Origin: a virus
Taxonomy: Duplodnaviria > Caudoviricetes
IMG/VR virus record: IMGVR_UViG_2855946969_000005
Coordinates: 1-64,000 of that record
Strand: one strand, 5' to 3'
Length of the DNA stretch: 64,000 nt
Shown here: piece by piece, positions 25,076-33,313 of the stretch
Position numbering within the stretch: position 1 is the first letter of the stretch
How the letters are laid out: each line of letters begins with the position of its first letter
Program-made: the position numbers and the translations under genes
The notes under the pieces: generated by a model
Told to the model about the DNA's origin: nothing
The model's input: the letters and a program-made list of their open reading frames with translations, nothing else
The model's database searches: none

Positions 25076-25381
25076 ATGGCCGAACACACCATGCAGACCT
25101 CGCTCACCGTGTCCCTCGGGCACGGCGAAGACCGCGAGTTCGATCTGAGCGTCACCTACCGCTTCATCCCTGGCTACCCGGCAACGCGGGACGAGCCCGG
25201 CGCCGACCACGATGCGGACATTCTGTCGGTTCGGCTGGTCGCGCCCGGTTCGGACGCCAGCCTGCCGGTCCCGGAGTGGATGGACGCCCTCCTGCGGAAC
25301 GATGAGATCCTGCGGACCTGTCTGGCGATGGACGGCCGCGAGCGCGAGGCCGCGGCCCGCGAAGACGCGCAGTCTCACTGA
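25076..25381 (+). CDS. hypothetical protein
   Basis: RBS and packing in the + strand operon. Confidence 0.65.
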   Translation: MAEHTMQTSLTVSLGHGEDREFDLSVTYRFIPGYPATRDEPGADHDADILSVRLVAPGSDASLPVPEWMDALLRNDEILRTCLAMDGREREAAAREDAQSH

Positions 25382-25394
25382 GGGGGAGGAGCCG

Positions 25395-25595
25395 ATGTCC
25401 TCTCTCGCCGATCGCTCCCGCGCCCGCCGCCGCCCGCCGAGCCGGGCCGAGGTGGAAACGATGATCGAGACCCTGATCGCCTACCTCGACGTGCTCGACG
25501 GGGATCCAGATCTCGAGACCGAGGAACCTGAAGCCGGCGCCCGCGAGTGGTGCGGCTCTGGCGCCCACCGCTTCGATGTCGGGGCGGAGTCCTAG
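25395..25595 (+). CDS. small hypothetical protein
   Basis: IETLIAYLDVLDGDPDLE motif, RBS GGAGG. Confidence 0.6.
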   Translation: MSSLADRSRARRRPPSRAEVETMIETLIAYLDVLDGDPDLETEEPEAGAREWCGSGAHRFDVGAES

Positions 25596-25633
25596 CACCG
25601 CCCACCAACACAGATCCGGCCGCAGGGCCGGAA

Positions 25634-25772
25634 GCGCCCAGCGGCCATGTAGAGAGTGAGACCCACTACGCGCCTGCCGCCGGGCGCACACCAACCCTGA
25701 GATCCGGCTTCGGCCGGAAGCGGTCGGCGGCCAGGTGAATCATGGCCCCAACGGGACGTTGCCGCCGACCGC
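25634..25772 (+). ncRNA. two TIGR-like stem-loop dual-spacer units
   Basis: stem-CCA-TGTAGAGAG-TGAGACCCA-CTACGCGCC-TG-stem (25634-25687) and stem-CCA-GGTGAATCA-TGGCCCCA-ACGGGACGT-TG-stem (25720-25772). Confidence 0.75.
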
Positions 25773-25823
25773 ACCCCGAACCCAACCGATCCACCAAGCC
25801 GAGCCCCGCCGGGAGCCCGACCC

Positions 25824-26243
25824 ATGCCCCATGTCCCGACCCACGCCGACCCGATCCAAGGCGCCATCACCGACCACCGGAAGGCATGGGCTGCGTTTCA
25901 GGTCGCCCCGGCCGGCAATCCGTCACTGGTCGCGGAGCAGACGCTCGATGGGACGCTGAGCACCCTCCTGCTCACACCCTGCAAAAGCCGAGGCGGCGCG
26001 GTGGCCCTCCTGCAGCACCTTCAGTGGTGGATCGCCGAAGAGGCGCCCTACGCAGACTCGTTCGCCCCGCTCTACGCATTCGCGGAGACCCGGGCCGCCG
26101 ATCTGGCGCTGTTCCTGAACGCGCAGCCGCCCGCCGACGTCGAGCGCGAGGCGGAGGCCCGCCGCGTCGCCCACGCGCCGCGCCCGCCGGGCCCGCCCGC
26201 CAACGACCTCTGCACCTTCCGCGATCCGCGGCCTGCCTCGTAG
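25824..26243 (+). CDS. hypothetical protein
   Basis: DPI..AI.DHR.AW, TPC.S..G..ALL. Contains near-matches to the two upstream guide units. Confidence 0.65.
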   Translation: MPHVPTHADPIQGAITDHRKAWAAFQVAPAGNPSLVAEQTLDGTLSTLLLTPCKSRGGAVALLQHLQWWIAEEAPYADSFAPLYAFAETRAADLALFLNAQPPADVEREAEARRVAHAPRPPGPPANDLCTFRDPRPAS

Positions 26244-26291
26244 CGCGCCGTCTCGCCCGTCTGCCTGCCCCTCAAGCCTCAGGAGCCATCC

Positions 26292-26699
26292 ATGCGAACC
26301 GCTATGTCCCGCCGCGGCCTTCTGACCGTCGCCGCCCTGCCGGCCCTGGCCGCGCCCACGTTCGCCGCCTTGGCGGACGTCCAGCCCGACGCGGCGCTGA
26401 TCCGCGACTGCGACCGCGCAATCGCTATGCACGACGAGACGAGCCAGCGCGCGATCAATGAGAACTGGTCCGACGAGCGGCTTGAAGAGGCGTGCGACGA
26501 GTTCAACGTCCTCGCTGAAGGGATCATCGCTACACCCGCCCTCACGCAGGCCGGGTTGCGCGCCAAGGCACGGATCGTCGCGCAACAGGTCACGGCCTAT
26601 GCCAGCGACACGCCGGACCAGAGCGAGCGCTTCGCGCTCAGCCTGCTCCGCGATCTCGGCGCCGAGCCGCCCCGCCGCGAGGCGAGCGCCGCGCAGTAG
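26292..26699 (+). CDS. twin-arginine-like hypothetical protein
   Basis: SRRGLL...PDAALI...TPALTQAGLRAKAR. Confidence 0.7.
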   Translation: MRTAMSRRGLLTVAALPALAAPTFAALADVQPDAALIRDCDRAIAMHDETSQRAINENWSDERLEEACDEFNVLAEGIIATPALTQAGLRAKARIVAQQVTAYASDTPDQSERFALSLLRDLGAEPPRREASAAQ

Positions 26700-26763
26700 G
26701 GCGCGCACCGTCCCGCCCGTCACCCCTCAATTCTCGACACCCCGGAGCCAAGGAGGCCCACCG

Positions 26764-27132
26764 ATGTCCCTTCTGCCCCATAGCACCGATAACGTGATCC
26801 GCCTCGCGCAGGTCGGGCTCCGCCCGCAGGCGCCTGCGCCCGAGCCCAAGGCCGGAGACCTGATGGTCGATGAGCGGGCGTGGTGCGACAAGCACCTGAG
26901 CACCACACTCGGCGCCGCCCGCATCGTCTCGATGCCGCGCGCCGACCTGATGACGAACCTCGCCGCCCTGCGCGAGAGCGGCCCGGCTGAGATGCCCGGC
27001 GTGCTCGGCGACATCGGCGCCACGATCCTTGAGCTTGAGCGCATGGTCGGCATGCTCAGTCTCGCACAGGATCGGATCTACTCCACCGTCGCCGCCTTGA
27101 TCGCGGCAGAAGCCGCGGAGGTGCGCCAGTGA
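26764..27132 (+). CDS. hypothetical protein
   Basis: RBS AAGGAGG, start MSLLPHSTDNVIRL. Confidence 0.6.
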   Translation: MSLLPHSTDNVIRLAQVGLRPQAPAPEPKAGDLMVDERAWCDKHLSTTLGAARIVSMPRADLMTNLAALRESGPAEMPGVLGDIGATILELERMVGMLSLAQDRIYSTVAALIAAEAAEVRQ

Positions 27133-27512
27133 GCGCCGCAGGGCTGAGCCCTGCCCGCCGCGGCTTCCTCCGAGGCCTCGTCTCGCTCCCGCTCATCGGC
27201 GGCGGCGTGACGCTCATCGGCGCGCCCACGGCCGTCGCCCAGCCCGTCACACCTGGGCTTCTCGACGCCTACGCGGATTGGCTGGCCGTCGAGTACGGCG
27301 AGACCCTGATCGAGCGGAACGGGATGCAGCACCGCGAGGACTACAGGCAGTCTCTCGCGATCATGAAGTTCCGGCGCGAGTGGTGCCAGGAGAACCCGAC
27401 GCTCAACGCGGCGGGCAATAGGTTCCTGTCGCCGCCCGCCACGCTGCCGAGCGCGCGCGCTGCCGTCGTGCTGGCTGCGGCGGGCCAGAACTGGCGGGAG
27501 GGCGGACGATGA
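27129..27512 (+). CDS. twin-arginine-like hypothetical protein
   Basis: RRGFLRGLVSLPLIGGG...PSARAAVVL. Confidence 0.65.
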   Translation: MSAAGLSPARRGFLRGLVSLPLIGGGVTLIGAPTAVAQPVTPGLLDAYADWLAVEYGETLIERNGMQHREDYRQSLAIMKFRREWCQENPTLNAAGNRFLSPPATLPSARAAVVLAAAGQNWREGGR

Positions 27513-28291
27513 GCCGCCCCTTCAACCGCCGCGGGCTACTCGGCGCCTTCGCGCTCGCGCCGCTCACCGCCGCACCCGCGCTGGCGACCGCCCACCCTGA
27601 CGCCGAGATACTGAGGCTTGAGCGGCAGTGGCGCCAAGCCGGCGAGGTGCTTGCGGACTCGCTGCGCGAACTCAACGCCGCGCGTGACATCGTTCACCCC
27701 GTACTTTCGGAGTGGCCCGCCTCCCTGGCTCGGACCCCGTGGGAGCAGCGGCAGGACGACTGTCTCAACAACGTGTTCGTCCGGATGCGCGTGCGGTTCC
27801 GCTGGACCCCGCCACGAGACGAAAGCGGGTTCAGCGCAGCAGTGTGGACGGGGGCAGGCCTCCGCCGTGCCATCGCGGGGGCTGTGCCGCACCTGGGGCG
27901 TGGCGGGCTCACGCCGCATCGCATCCGCAGATGGAAGGCACTGCTCCCGCAGGCGGACGCTTTCGACAGCAGGGTTGAGGCCGCGGAAGCCCGCGCAGGG
28001 CTGAAGGCCGCCGAGGCTAGGAAGCGGGAGGCTGAGCGCGTGCGGGGGGAGGCCACCGGGGCGCTCTCGGCGTGTGTCGCCACCACCCCAGAAGGATTGG
28101 CGGCCCTGGTCCGCGTCGTCGGCGGGTATCGGTGGAAGGATGAGGGCGGCGCGTGGCCGAACCTTCTCCGTAGCGCCGCCATCGTGTCGGGCGTCGGTCT
28201 CGATGCGCTGGAACACCAGCACGCCTCTCTGCGCGGCCCTGAGGTGGCTGCCGCCCCCGCCCCGCAGCGCAAGTCCGGTGCGCGCAGCTAG
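27509..28291 (+). CDS. twin-arginine-like hypothetical protein
   Basis: NRRGLLGA...HPDAEILRL...ATTPEGLAA. Confidence 0.65.
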   Translation: MSRPFNRRGLLGAFALAPLTAAPALATAHPDAEILRLERQWRQAGEVLADSLRELNAARDIVHPVLSEWPASLARTPWEQRQDDCLNNVFVRMRVRFRWTPPRDESGFSAAVWTGAGLRRAIAGAVPHLGRGGLTPHRIRRWKALLPQADAFDSRVEAAEARAGLKAAEARKREAERVRGEATGALSACVATTPEGLAALVRVVGGYRWKDEGGAWPNLLRSAAIVSGVGLDALEHQHASLRGPEVAAAPAPQRKSGARS

Positions 28292-28328
28292 TCGCGCCTC
28301 GCTCCCTCGCACCTCTGGAGCCCACACC

Positions 28329-29009
28329 ATGGGATCAATGAATCACGCTCCATCGCGCCGGGGCATGCTGGCGGGCCTCGCGGCCGCGCCGCTGGCCGCG
28401 CTGCCGATCGCCACGGCAGCATTCGCCCTGAACCCCGATACTGCCCTCCTGGCGCTCGGCCGGCGCTGGCGCGAGGCGGTTGCTGCACGCGAGGCCGTCA
28501 GCGAGCATGCGGATGCGTGTGCAACCGCCGCGCACCGCGCCGCGCCGGGACTTCCCGAGGCCGTGCTGTACCGGGAGGGCGATGACGCCCTCGACATCGC
28601 CCACTTCACCTCAGCCCGCGGCGACGGGCGGCGCTGGTACAGCGTCGGCACCAGCGCCTGTGACGGGAAGGCATCTTGGATGCGGGCGATGGTGCATGGG
28701 CCGCAGACGCCGCGCGCGGTGCGCGCGACCGAGATCGTCGCAGCGTTCGATGCGTGGCGCGCCGCCTGCCAAGCCACACACGACGCATGCGGGCTGACGG
28801 CCGCGGATTCGGCTTGGGAGGAGGCCTGCGAGCGCGTCAGCGAGATCGAAGACCACATCAGCGCAGCGACCGCCCACACGCCTGCTGGGCTTGCCGTGAA
28901 GGCGCGCATCGCTGAGCAGGACATAGAGGCCGGCAACAAGCCTGCCCAAGCCCTGCTGGCCGGTCTCGTGCGCGACGTTCTCGCCATCGCTGAACCGGCC
29001 GGATCGTAG
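28329..29009 (+). CDS. twin-arginine-like hypothetical protein
   Basis: SRRGMLAGLAAA...PDTALLALG...AHTPAGLAVKAR. Confidence 0.7.
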   Translation: MGSMNHAPSRRGMLAGLAAAPLAALPIATAAFALNPDTALLALGRRWREAVAAREAVSEHADACATAAHRAAPGLPEAVLYREGDDALDIAHFTSARGDGRRWYSVGTSACDGKASWMRAMVHGPQTPRAVRATEIVAAFDAWRAACQATHDACGLTAADSAWEEACERVSEIEDHISAATAHTPAGLAVKARIAEQDIEAGNKPAQALLAGLVRDVLAIAEPAGS

Positions 29010-29017
29010 GGGAGGGG

Positions 29018-29566
29018 ATGGCTATGGCCACCGCATCGCAACGAAATTCGTCGGCTGACGCTGTTGCCCAAGCCGCCCGCGCCGCGCTGAAAACGGCCAA
29101 TGGCGATGTCCGCACCGCTTCGGTCGCGCTCGAGGCGCGCGTGCGCCGGGATCGCGCCTTGCGGGACGCGCTCACCGATCCCTTGCTCGCCACCGCCTGC
29201 TACACGGCCGTGGCCGTTCAAGTCCGGCAGGCTCGGCGTTCGGTTTGGGCTGCACCCGCGGCGTCCCGCCAAGAGGCCGCGGCCGCGCCTCAGCGACGGG
29301 CCCCGGAGGATGCGCGCCGAGTCGCTCAGCTCGCGGCCGGCACGCTGGCCATGTTCCCGTTACCCGGCGGCAAGCGCCTCGGTGAGGCGACCCGGGAGGA
29401 GATTGCCGCGGCGGCCTCGTTCTACGAGGCGCAGAGCGCGGACATGGCGGACAAAGCCCGATGGCTCCGCCTGATCGCCCAGAGCGTGCCGCACGCGAAG
29501 AAGGTCGGCGACGTGCTCAACGAGCGCCGCTTGCGCGAATTGCAGACGGAGGCGCGTCGTGGATAG
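29018..29566 (+). CDS. hypothetical protein translationally coupled to the Tas-like gene
   Basis: FPLPGGKRLGEATREE. The stop overlaps the GTG of the next ORF. Confidence 0.65.
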   Translation: MAMATASQRNSSADAVAQAARAALKTANGDVRTASVALEARVRRDRALRDALTDPLLATACYTAVAVQVRQARRSVWAAPAASRQEAAAAPQRRAPEDARRVAQLAAGTLAMFPLPGGKRLGEATREEIAAAASFYEAQSADMADKARWLRLIAQSVPHAKKVGDVLNERRLRELQTEARRG

Positions 29567-30566
29567 GATCGAGTTGCCGGGCAAGCCCCGGCGCGGCCGG
29601 GCGGCCAGAAGGGATTTGTCCCCCAATGATGGCACGCCGCCCGCCGCACCCCATTCCGAGATCGGCGCCAGCGCCGATCGCGAGGCCGGCCACTGTTCCG
29701 ATGCGCCCCATAGAAGCGCTGCCGGTCTCGCACCCCATTCAGAGATCGTCAGCCGCGAGGCTGGCGAGGGCGAGGTCGGCCCTTCGTCCTGCGAACCCCA
29801 AGTACCGCCTGCCGACCTCGCCGACCAAATCGCCGAGCTCCGTGAGCAGTGGCGCCGCCGCCAAGCCTGGCATCGCGCTGAGAAGGCGCTGACGCTTCAG
29901 GCCAAGGCGCTGTGCCGCCGCCTCGCGGAGGGCGGTGACAAGGCGGAAGCGGATCGCATCTACGGCGCCGCCTACGGCAAGGGCTCGCATCCTCTGGCCG
30001 ACATCGCCCTCGCGGCGACCTTCCCGTTAACCGAGGCACGGGACAGCATCGCGAAGCACCGGGCGGCCGTGGAGAAGCGGCTCGTCAAGCTGGCGAAGGC
30101 GCTCCCGGTCGCGCCGTGGGTCGAGGGTACGCGCGGCGTCGGGCTGCTCTCGCTAGCAGCGATCGTGGGCGAGGCCGGCGATCTCGGCGCCTACGCGAAC
30201 CCGGCCAAGCTATGGAAGCGCATGGGTCTGGCCATCATGCCGGATGGGCGGCAGCGGCGGACCACGGGAGCGGCGGCGCTCGACCATGGGTATTCGCCGG
30301 CGCGGCGCTCCGTCGTCTGGAATATCGGCGCCTGCATCATGAAGGCTGGCGGGCCGCTGAAAGAGATCTACGACGCACGGAAACTATACGAACTGCCGCG
30401 CGTCGAGACGAAAGGACATGCTCACAACCGCGCTCAGCGGTACGTTGAGAAGCGATTTCTTCGCTTGCTCTGGTGCGAGTGGAGAAAAGGCGGGGGCGAC
30501 CACCGCGGCCCTGACACCCATAGGACGCGTGTCGCCTCCGTCACCCCCATTCCGGACGCCGCGTGA
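29559..30566 (+). CDS. IS110-C-terminal/Nop-like RNA-binding protein lacking RuvC (TIGR-Tas-like, nuclease-less)
   Basis: Coiled coil followed by GVGLLSLAAIVGEAGDL..Y.NPAKLWKRMGLA...RR...GYSP.RRS and H..A.RY..K.FL..LW. No DEDD RuvC domain. Flanked by dual-spacer hairpin units. Confidence 0.75.
   Translation: MDRIELPGKPRRGRAARRDLSPNDGTPPAAPHSEIGASADREAGHCSDAPHRSAAGLAPHSEIVSREAGEGEVGPSSCEPQVPPADLADQIAELREQWRRRQAWHRAEKALTLQAKALCRRLAEGGDKAEADRIYGAAYGKGSHPLADIALAATFPLTEARDSIAKHRAAVEKRLVKLAKALPVAPWVEGTRGVGLLSLAAIVGEAGDLGAYANPAKLWKRMGLAIMPDGRQRRTTGAAALDHGYSPARRSVVWNIGACIMKAGGPLKEIYDARKLYELPRVETKGHAHNRAQRYVEKRFLRLLWCEWRKGGGDHRGPDTHRTRVASVTPIPDAA
29598..29822 (+). ncRNA. three TIGR-like stem-loop dual-spacer units
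   Basis: Units 29598-29643 (GAAGGGATT/ATGATGGCA), 29680-29731 (CTGTTCCGA/TAGAAGCGC) and 29769-29822 (TTCGTCCTG/AGTACCGCC). Each has a 30-nt CA-N9-TGN4CCA-N9-T core (minor variants) closed by a GC stem. Confidence 0.8.
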
Positions 30567-30627
30567 GCGGCGAGGCGGGCGCGCCCAGTGGCACTCTGGC
30601 GCCCTTATCAGGAATGGCGCGCCCGCC
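30491..30627 (+). ncRNA. two TIGR-like stem-loop dual-spacer units
   Basis: 30491-30540 (CCGCGGCCC/TAGGACGCG) and 30574-30627 (GTGGCACTC/TATCAGGAA). Confidence 0.8.
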
Positions 30628-30780
30628 GCCCAACTACCCCGCCGCGAGCGCAGCCCGGCAGCTCGACGGCCCGCGGCAGCGGGCGGCGCTCCCCGCCTTC
30701 GTGAGGCGCCGCCTCGTGGAGGGCGCCTGAGTGCCCCTCCGCCACGCCCTACTGCGCCGCATCCTCAAGGGAGACGACCC

Positions 30781-31332
30781 ATGCAGAACGTCGTGACCGT
30801 CCCGTTCCACGCCGACACCGTGTTCGCCGTCGAGCGCGCGGATGGGGTCTACATCGCCCTCAAGCCGATCGCCGACCGGCTCGGGCTCGACTGGTCCGCG
30901 CAGTACCGCCGAACCAAGCGCGATGTGGTGATGGCCCGAGGGATTGCCGTCATGGCAATACCTTCCGAGGGCGGCACGCAGGACGCGCTCTGCCTCCGCC
31001 TGCCACTCCTGCCGGGGTGGCTGTTCGGCATTGAGGTCCGCCGCGTGCGGGCCGAGTGCCGGGCCGCCGTGCTGGTCTATCAAGCCGAATGTCACGAGGC
31101 TCTTTTCCGGCACTTCTACGGCGTGGCGGACCGGGCGCCCGAGGCGCCGGACGCCCGGCGCGAGCCGCTGAAGGTGCGGCGGCAGATCGTGACGGAGGCC
31201 CGGCTGATCTTCGGGCCGCGGGCAGCTGCGGCGCTCTGGCGTTCGCTCGGCCTACCCGACGTGACGGAAATGGGCGCGCCGCCGGATCAAGGCGCGCTGC
31301 CGCTGGCACCGCCGAGCCCGCCTGCGCCTTAG
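30781..31332 (+). CDS. phage antirepressor (P22 Ant N-terminal-like domain)
   Basis: VPFH...YIALKPI...LGLDWSAQYRR...GG.Q...CL.L..LPGWLFGI...YQ.EC..ALF.HF. Confidence 0.85.
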   Translation: MQNVVTVPFHADTVFAVERADGVYIALKPIADRLGLDWSAQYRRTKRDVVMARGIAVMAIPSEGGTQDALCLRLPLLPGWLFGIEVRRVRAECRAAVLVYQAECHEALFRHFYGVADRAPEAPDARREPLKVRRQIVTEARLIFGPRAAAALWRSLGLPDVTEMGAPPDQGALPLAPPSPPAP

Positions 31333-31374
31333 GGCCACCTGACAGCGGGCCACGGGCGTCTCTGACTTCCAAAT

Positions 31375-31389
31375 GTTCTTGTTTTGTGC
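31375..31389 (+). promoter_or_regulatory. degenerate LexA box
   Basis: GTTC-TTGTTTT-GTGC, one mismatch from GTTC-N7-GTTC, 15 bp before an ATG. Confidence 0.5.
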
Positions 31390-31403
31390 TAGAGGCGAAG
31401 CTA

Positions 31404-32786
31404 ATGGGCGCTCCACCTCCGACGATCTACACCATCTACACCATTACTAATACCGTCAATGGTAAGATATATGTAGGACGCTCCAAAGAATATGAGCGCA
31501 GAAAACAAGCTCACCTGAATTGGTCCCGTCGTGGCGACAAGCCAAGGCATCCTCTATATAACTCAATCCGCAAGTACGGTGAGGAAGTTTTCGCTTTTGA
31601 AGTGATTGCGGATCTGGCCGGGTACGAAGAGTCTTTAGCGGCTGAGAAGACTCTGATATCGGAGCTGGGGACAACCAAACGAGATCGGGGATACAACATA
31701 TCCGATGGAGGTGAGGATATCCTATCTGCTATAAAAGCCAACGTCGCGCGGATAGAATTATGGAGGAAAGAGGATCCAGAAGGGTTCAAGGCTTACTATT
31801 CAGCCTTGAACAAGGCCGGCTGCGCTAGCCTGACCTTGGAGGCGAGGCAAGCAACAATACGGAAAGCCCATATAACAATGGGGCCAGCTGCAATGCGCGC
31901 CCGATTGTCAGCGACCAGAGCCGCACTGTCCCCGGCGGACCTGCGGGCCAACGCCGCGAAAGCACTCGCCACCCTCGGGCCCGAAGGTCGGAAAGCACGA
32001 GCACGCGCCGCCGTGGCCACCCTCGGTCCAGAGGGGCTAAGCGCCCGCGCCAAGAAAACGGTCGCGGCACAATCTCCCGAAGCGCGGAGCGATGCGCGCA
32101 GGCGTTCATGGAAGGCTCGGCGGGAGACATGGGCCAAACGTGCCGAACAAATCGGGCCGCCACCGACAATTACAGGTGCTCAACTGTTCGCCGCGCGGGA
32201 TCAATTGGGCTGGTCACGCCCTCGACTGTACGAATTGACAGGTGTAGGGCGCGGGACGATTGAAAACTTTGAGACAGGCGTTCGGCCAATGCCAGTCCAC
32301 AAGCTTGCGAAGATCGAGCGCGCCTTGACTGAGGCCGGCGTAGAAATATGTCATATTTCTGAGTTGTCTTCCGAATATACAGCCGACTTTAGTCCCCAAA
32401 ACCTGCCAATTTACCGCGAGAGGGCCAAGATTACGCAGGACGCTCTCTCGGAGATATCAGGTGTTCCAGCTTGGTTGATCAGGGATTACGAGCGGGGCGC
32501 CCGACCGATGCCCGGCTACAAGCTCGCCAAGATCGAGCGGGCCCTTGTCGCGCTCGGGCTTGACCTTGCGGTGCCGATCAAGCCCGAGCCGTCCGCCCCG
32601 GCCGACTTCGGTCCAGAGGAGGTAGCGCGGCGCAGAAAGGCGCTGTCGTGGTCTCGGGTCCGCCTATCCGAGGCGTCCGGCGTCCCGGTATGGTTGATCC
32701 TCGACTATGAGCACGGCAAGCGAGGCATACCGCCGAGGAAGCTCGCTCGGATCTGGGGCGCACTCACAGCGGGCACGCAAGACTGA
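31404..32786 (+). CDS. GIY-YIG endonuclease fused to helical repeats and three XRE-like HTH domains
   Basis: IYTITNTVNGKIYVGRS...R...H, IRKYG, GYN, repeats ATLGPEG, and three R..LGWSR..L/SGVP.WLI.DYE.G.R units. Confidence 0.75.
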   Translation: MGAPPPTIYTIYTITNTVNGKIYVGRSKEYERRKQAHLNWSRRGDKPRHPLYNSIRKYGEEVFAFEVIADLAGYEESLAAEKTLISELGTTKRDRGYNISDGGEDILSAIKANVARIELWRKEDPEGFKAYYSALNKAGCASLTLEARQATIRKAHITMGPAAMRARLSATRAALSPADLRANAAKALATLGPEGRKARARAAVATLGPEGLSARAKKTVAAQSPEARSDARRRSWKARRETWAKRAEQIGPPPTITGAQLFAARDQLGWSRPRLYELTGVGRGTIENFETGVRPMPVHKLAKIERALTEAGVEICHISELSSEYTADFSPQNLPIYRERAKITQDALSEISGVPAWLIRDYERGARPMPGYKLAKIERALVALGLDLAVPIKPEPSAPADFGPEEVARRRKALSWSRVRLSEASGVPVWLILDYEHGKRGIPPRKLARIWGALTAGTQD

Positions 32787-32888
32787 GGGGACCGCACCGG
32801 CCGGTCGAGCGCCGGGACCGGCTAGACCCGCCCGGACTTCTCCTGCCGGCATTACCCTTCATTGACTCTCGCGCGTTATGGGTTGGCC

Positions 32889-33311
32889 ATGCGCGCCGTA
32901 GCCGTAATCACCATCGCTGGGCATCTCCTCTGGTCCATGTCGGCCGCTATGGCCGAAGATGCGCGCCCGCCCGGCATCTACCTGCGAGACACCATCCAGA
33001 CACCAGCGGGATCTGCAGCATTCTCGGATCTGCTAAAGCAAGAAGCGAACGTGCCGCCGTGGTTGGGGAAATTTATAAGGGATGGTGATGGCATTGATAT
33101 GCCATTCAGACTTGTTCGAATAGACGGCGAGAAACACTATTATTCCAGAGTATGCCGACCCCGCGCATGTTGGCAGGACGAGGTCAACATACTGTTTACC
33201 GCAGACATGGCTCATGCTTGGGGCTATCGCCTTGAGAACGGGAAGCCTCACTGGGTTGGCTACGTGCCCCCTACAGTGAAGCGCGCCATCCTCAAGGCGC
33301 AATCCGAATAG
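32889..33311 (+). CDS. Ivy-family lysozyme inhibitor-like exported protein
   Basis: Signal peptide, P.W, CRPRAC resembling the Ivy CKPHDC loop, LFTAD..HAWG, W.G..P. Convergent with tape measure copy 1. Confidence 0.7.
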   Translation: MRAVAVITIAGHLLWSMSAAMAEDARPPGIYLRDTIQTPAGSAAFSDLLKQEANVPPWLGKFIRDGDGIDMPFRLVRIDGEKHYYSRVCRPRACWQDEVNILFTADMAHAWGYRLENGKPHWVGYVPPTVKRAILKAQSE

Positions 33312-33313
33312 CA

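Noticed and set aside
30491-30540. Target for TIGR-like unit 4
   Set aside because: Half-matches exist (GGGCCGCGG at 31213, CGCGTCCTA at 13191), but I found no convincing joint site, and GC-rich 9-mers match by chance.
29559-30566. Active IS110 insertion sequence
   Set aside because: No N-terminal DEDD RuvC domain. The flanking dual-spacer hairpins fit a Tas-like system better.
31345-31385. Possible eighth TIGR-like unit (GGCCA-CGGGCGTCTC-TGACTTCCA-AATGTTCT-TG)
   Set aside because: Spacer lengths are 10 and 8, there is no closing stem, and it overlaps the LexA-like box. At best a remnant.
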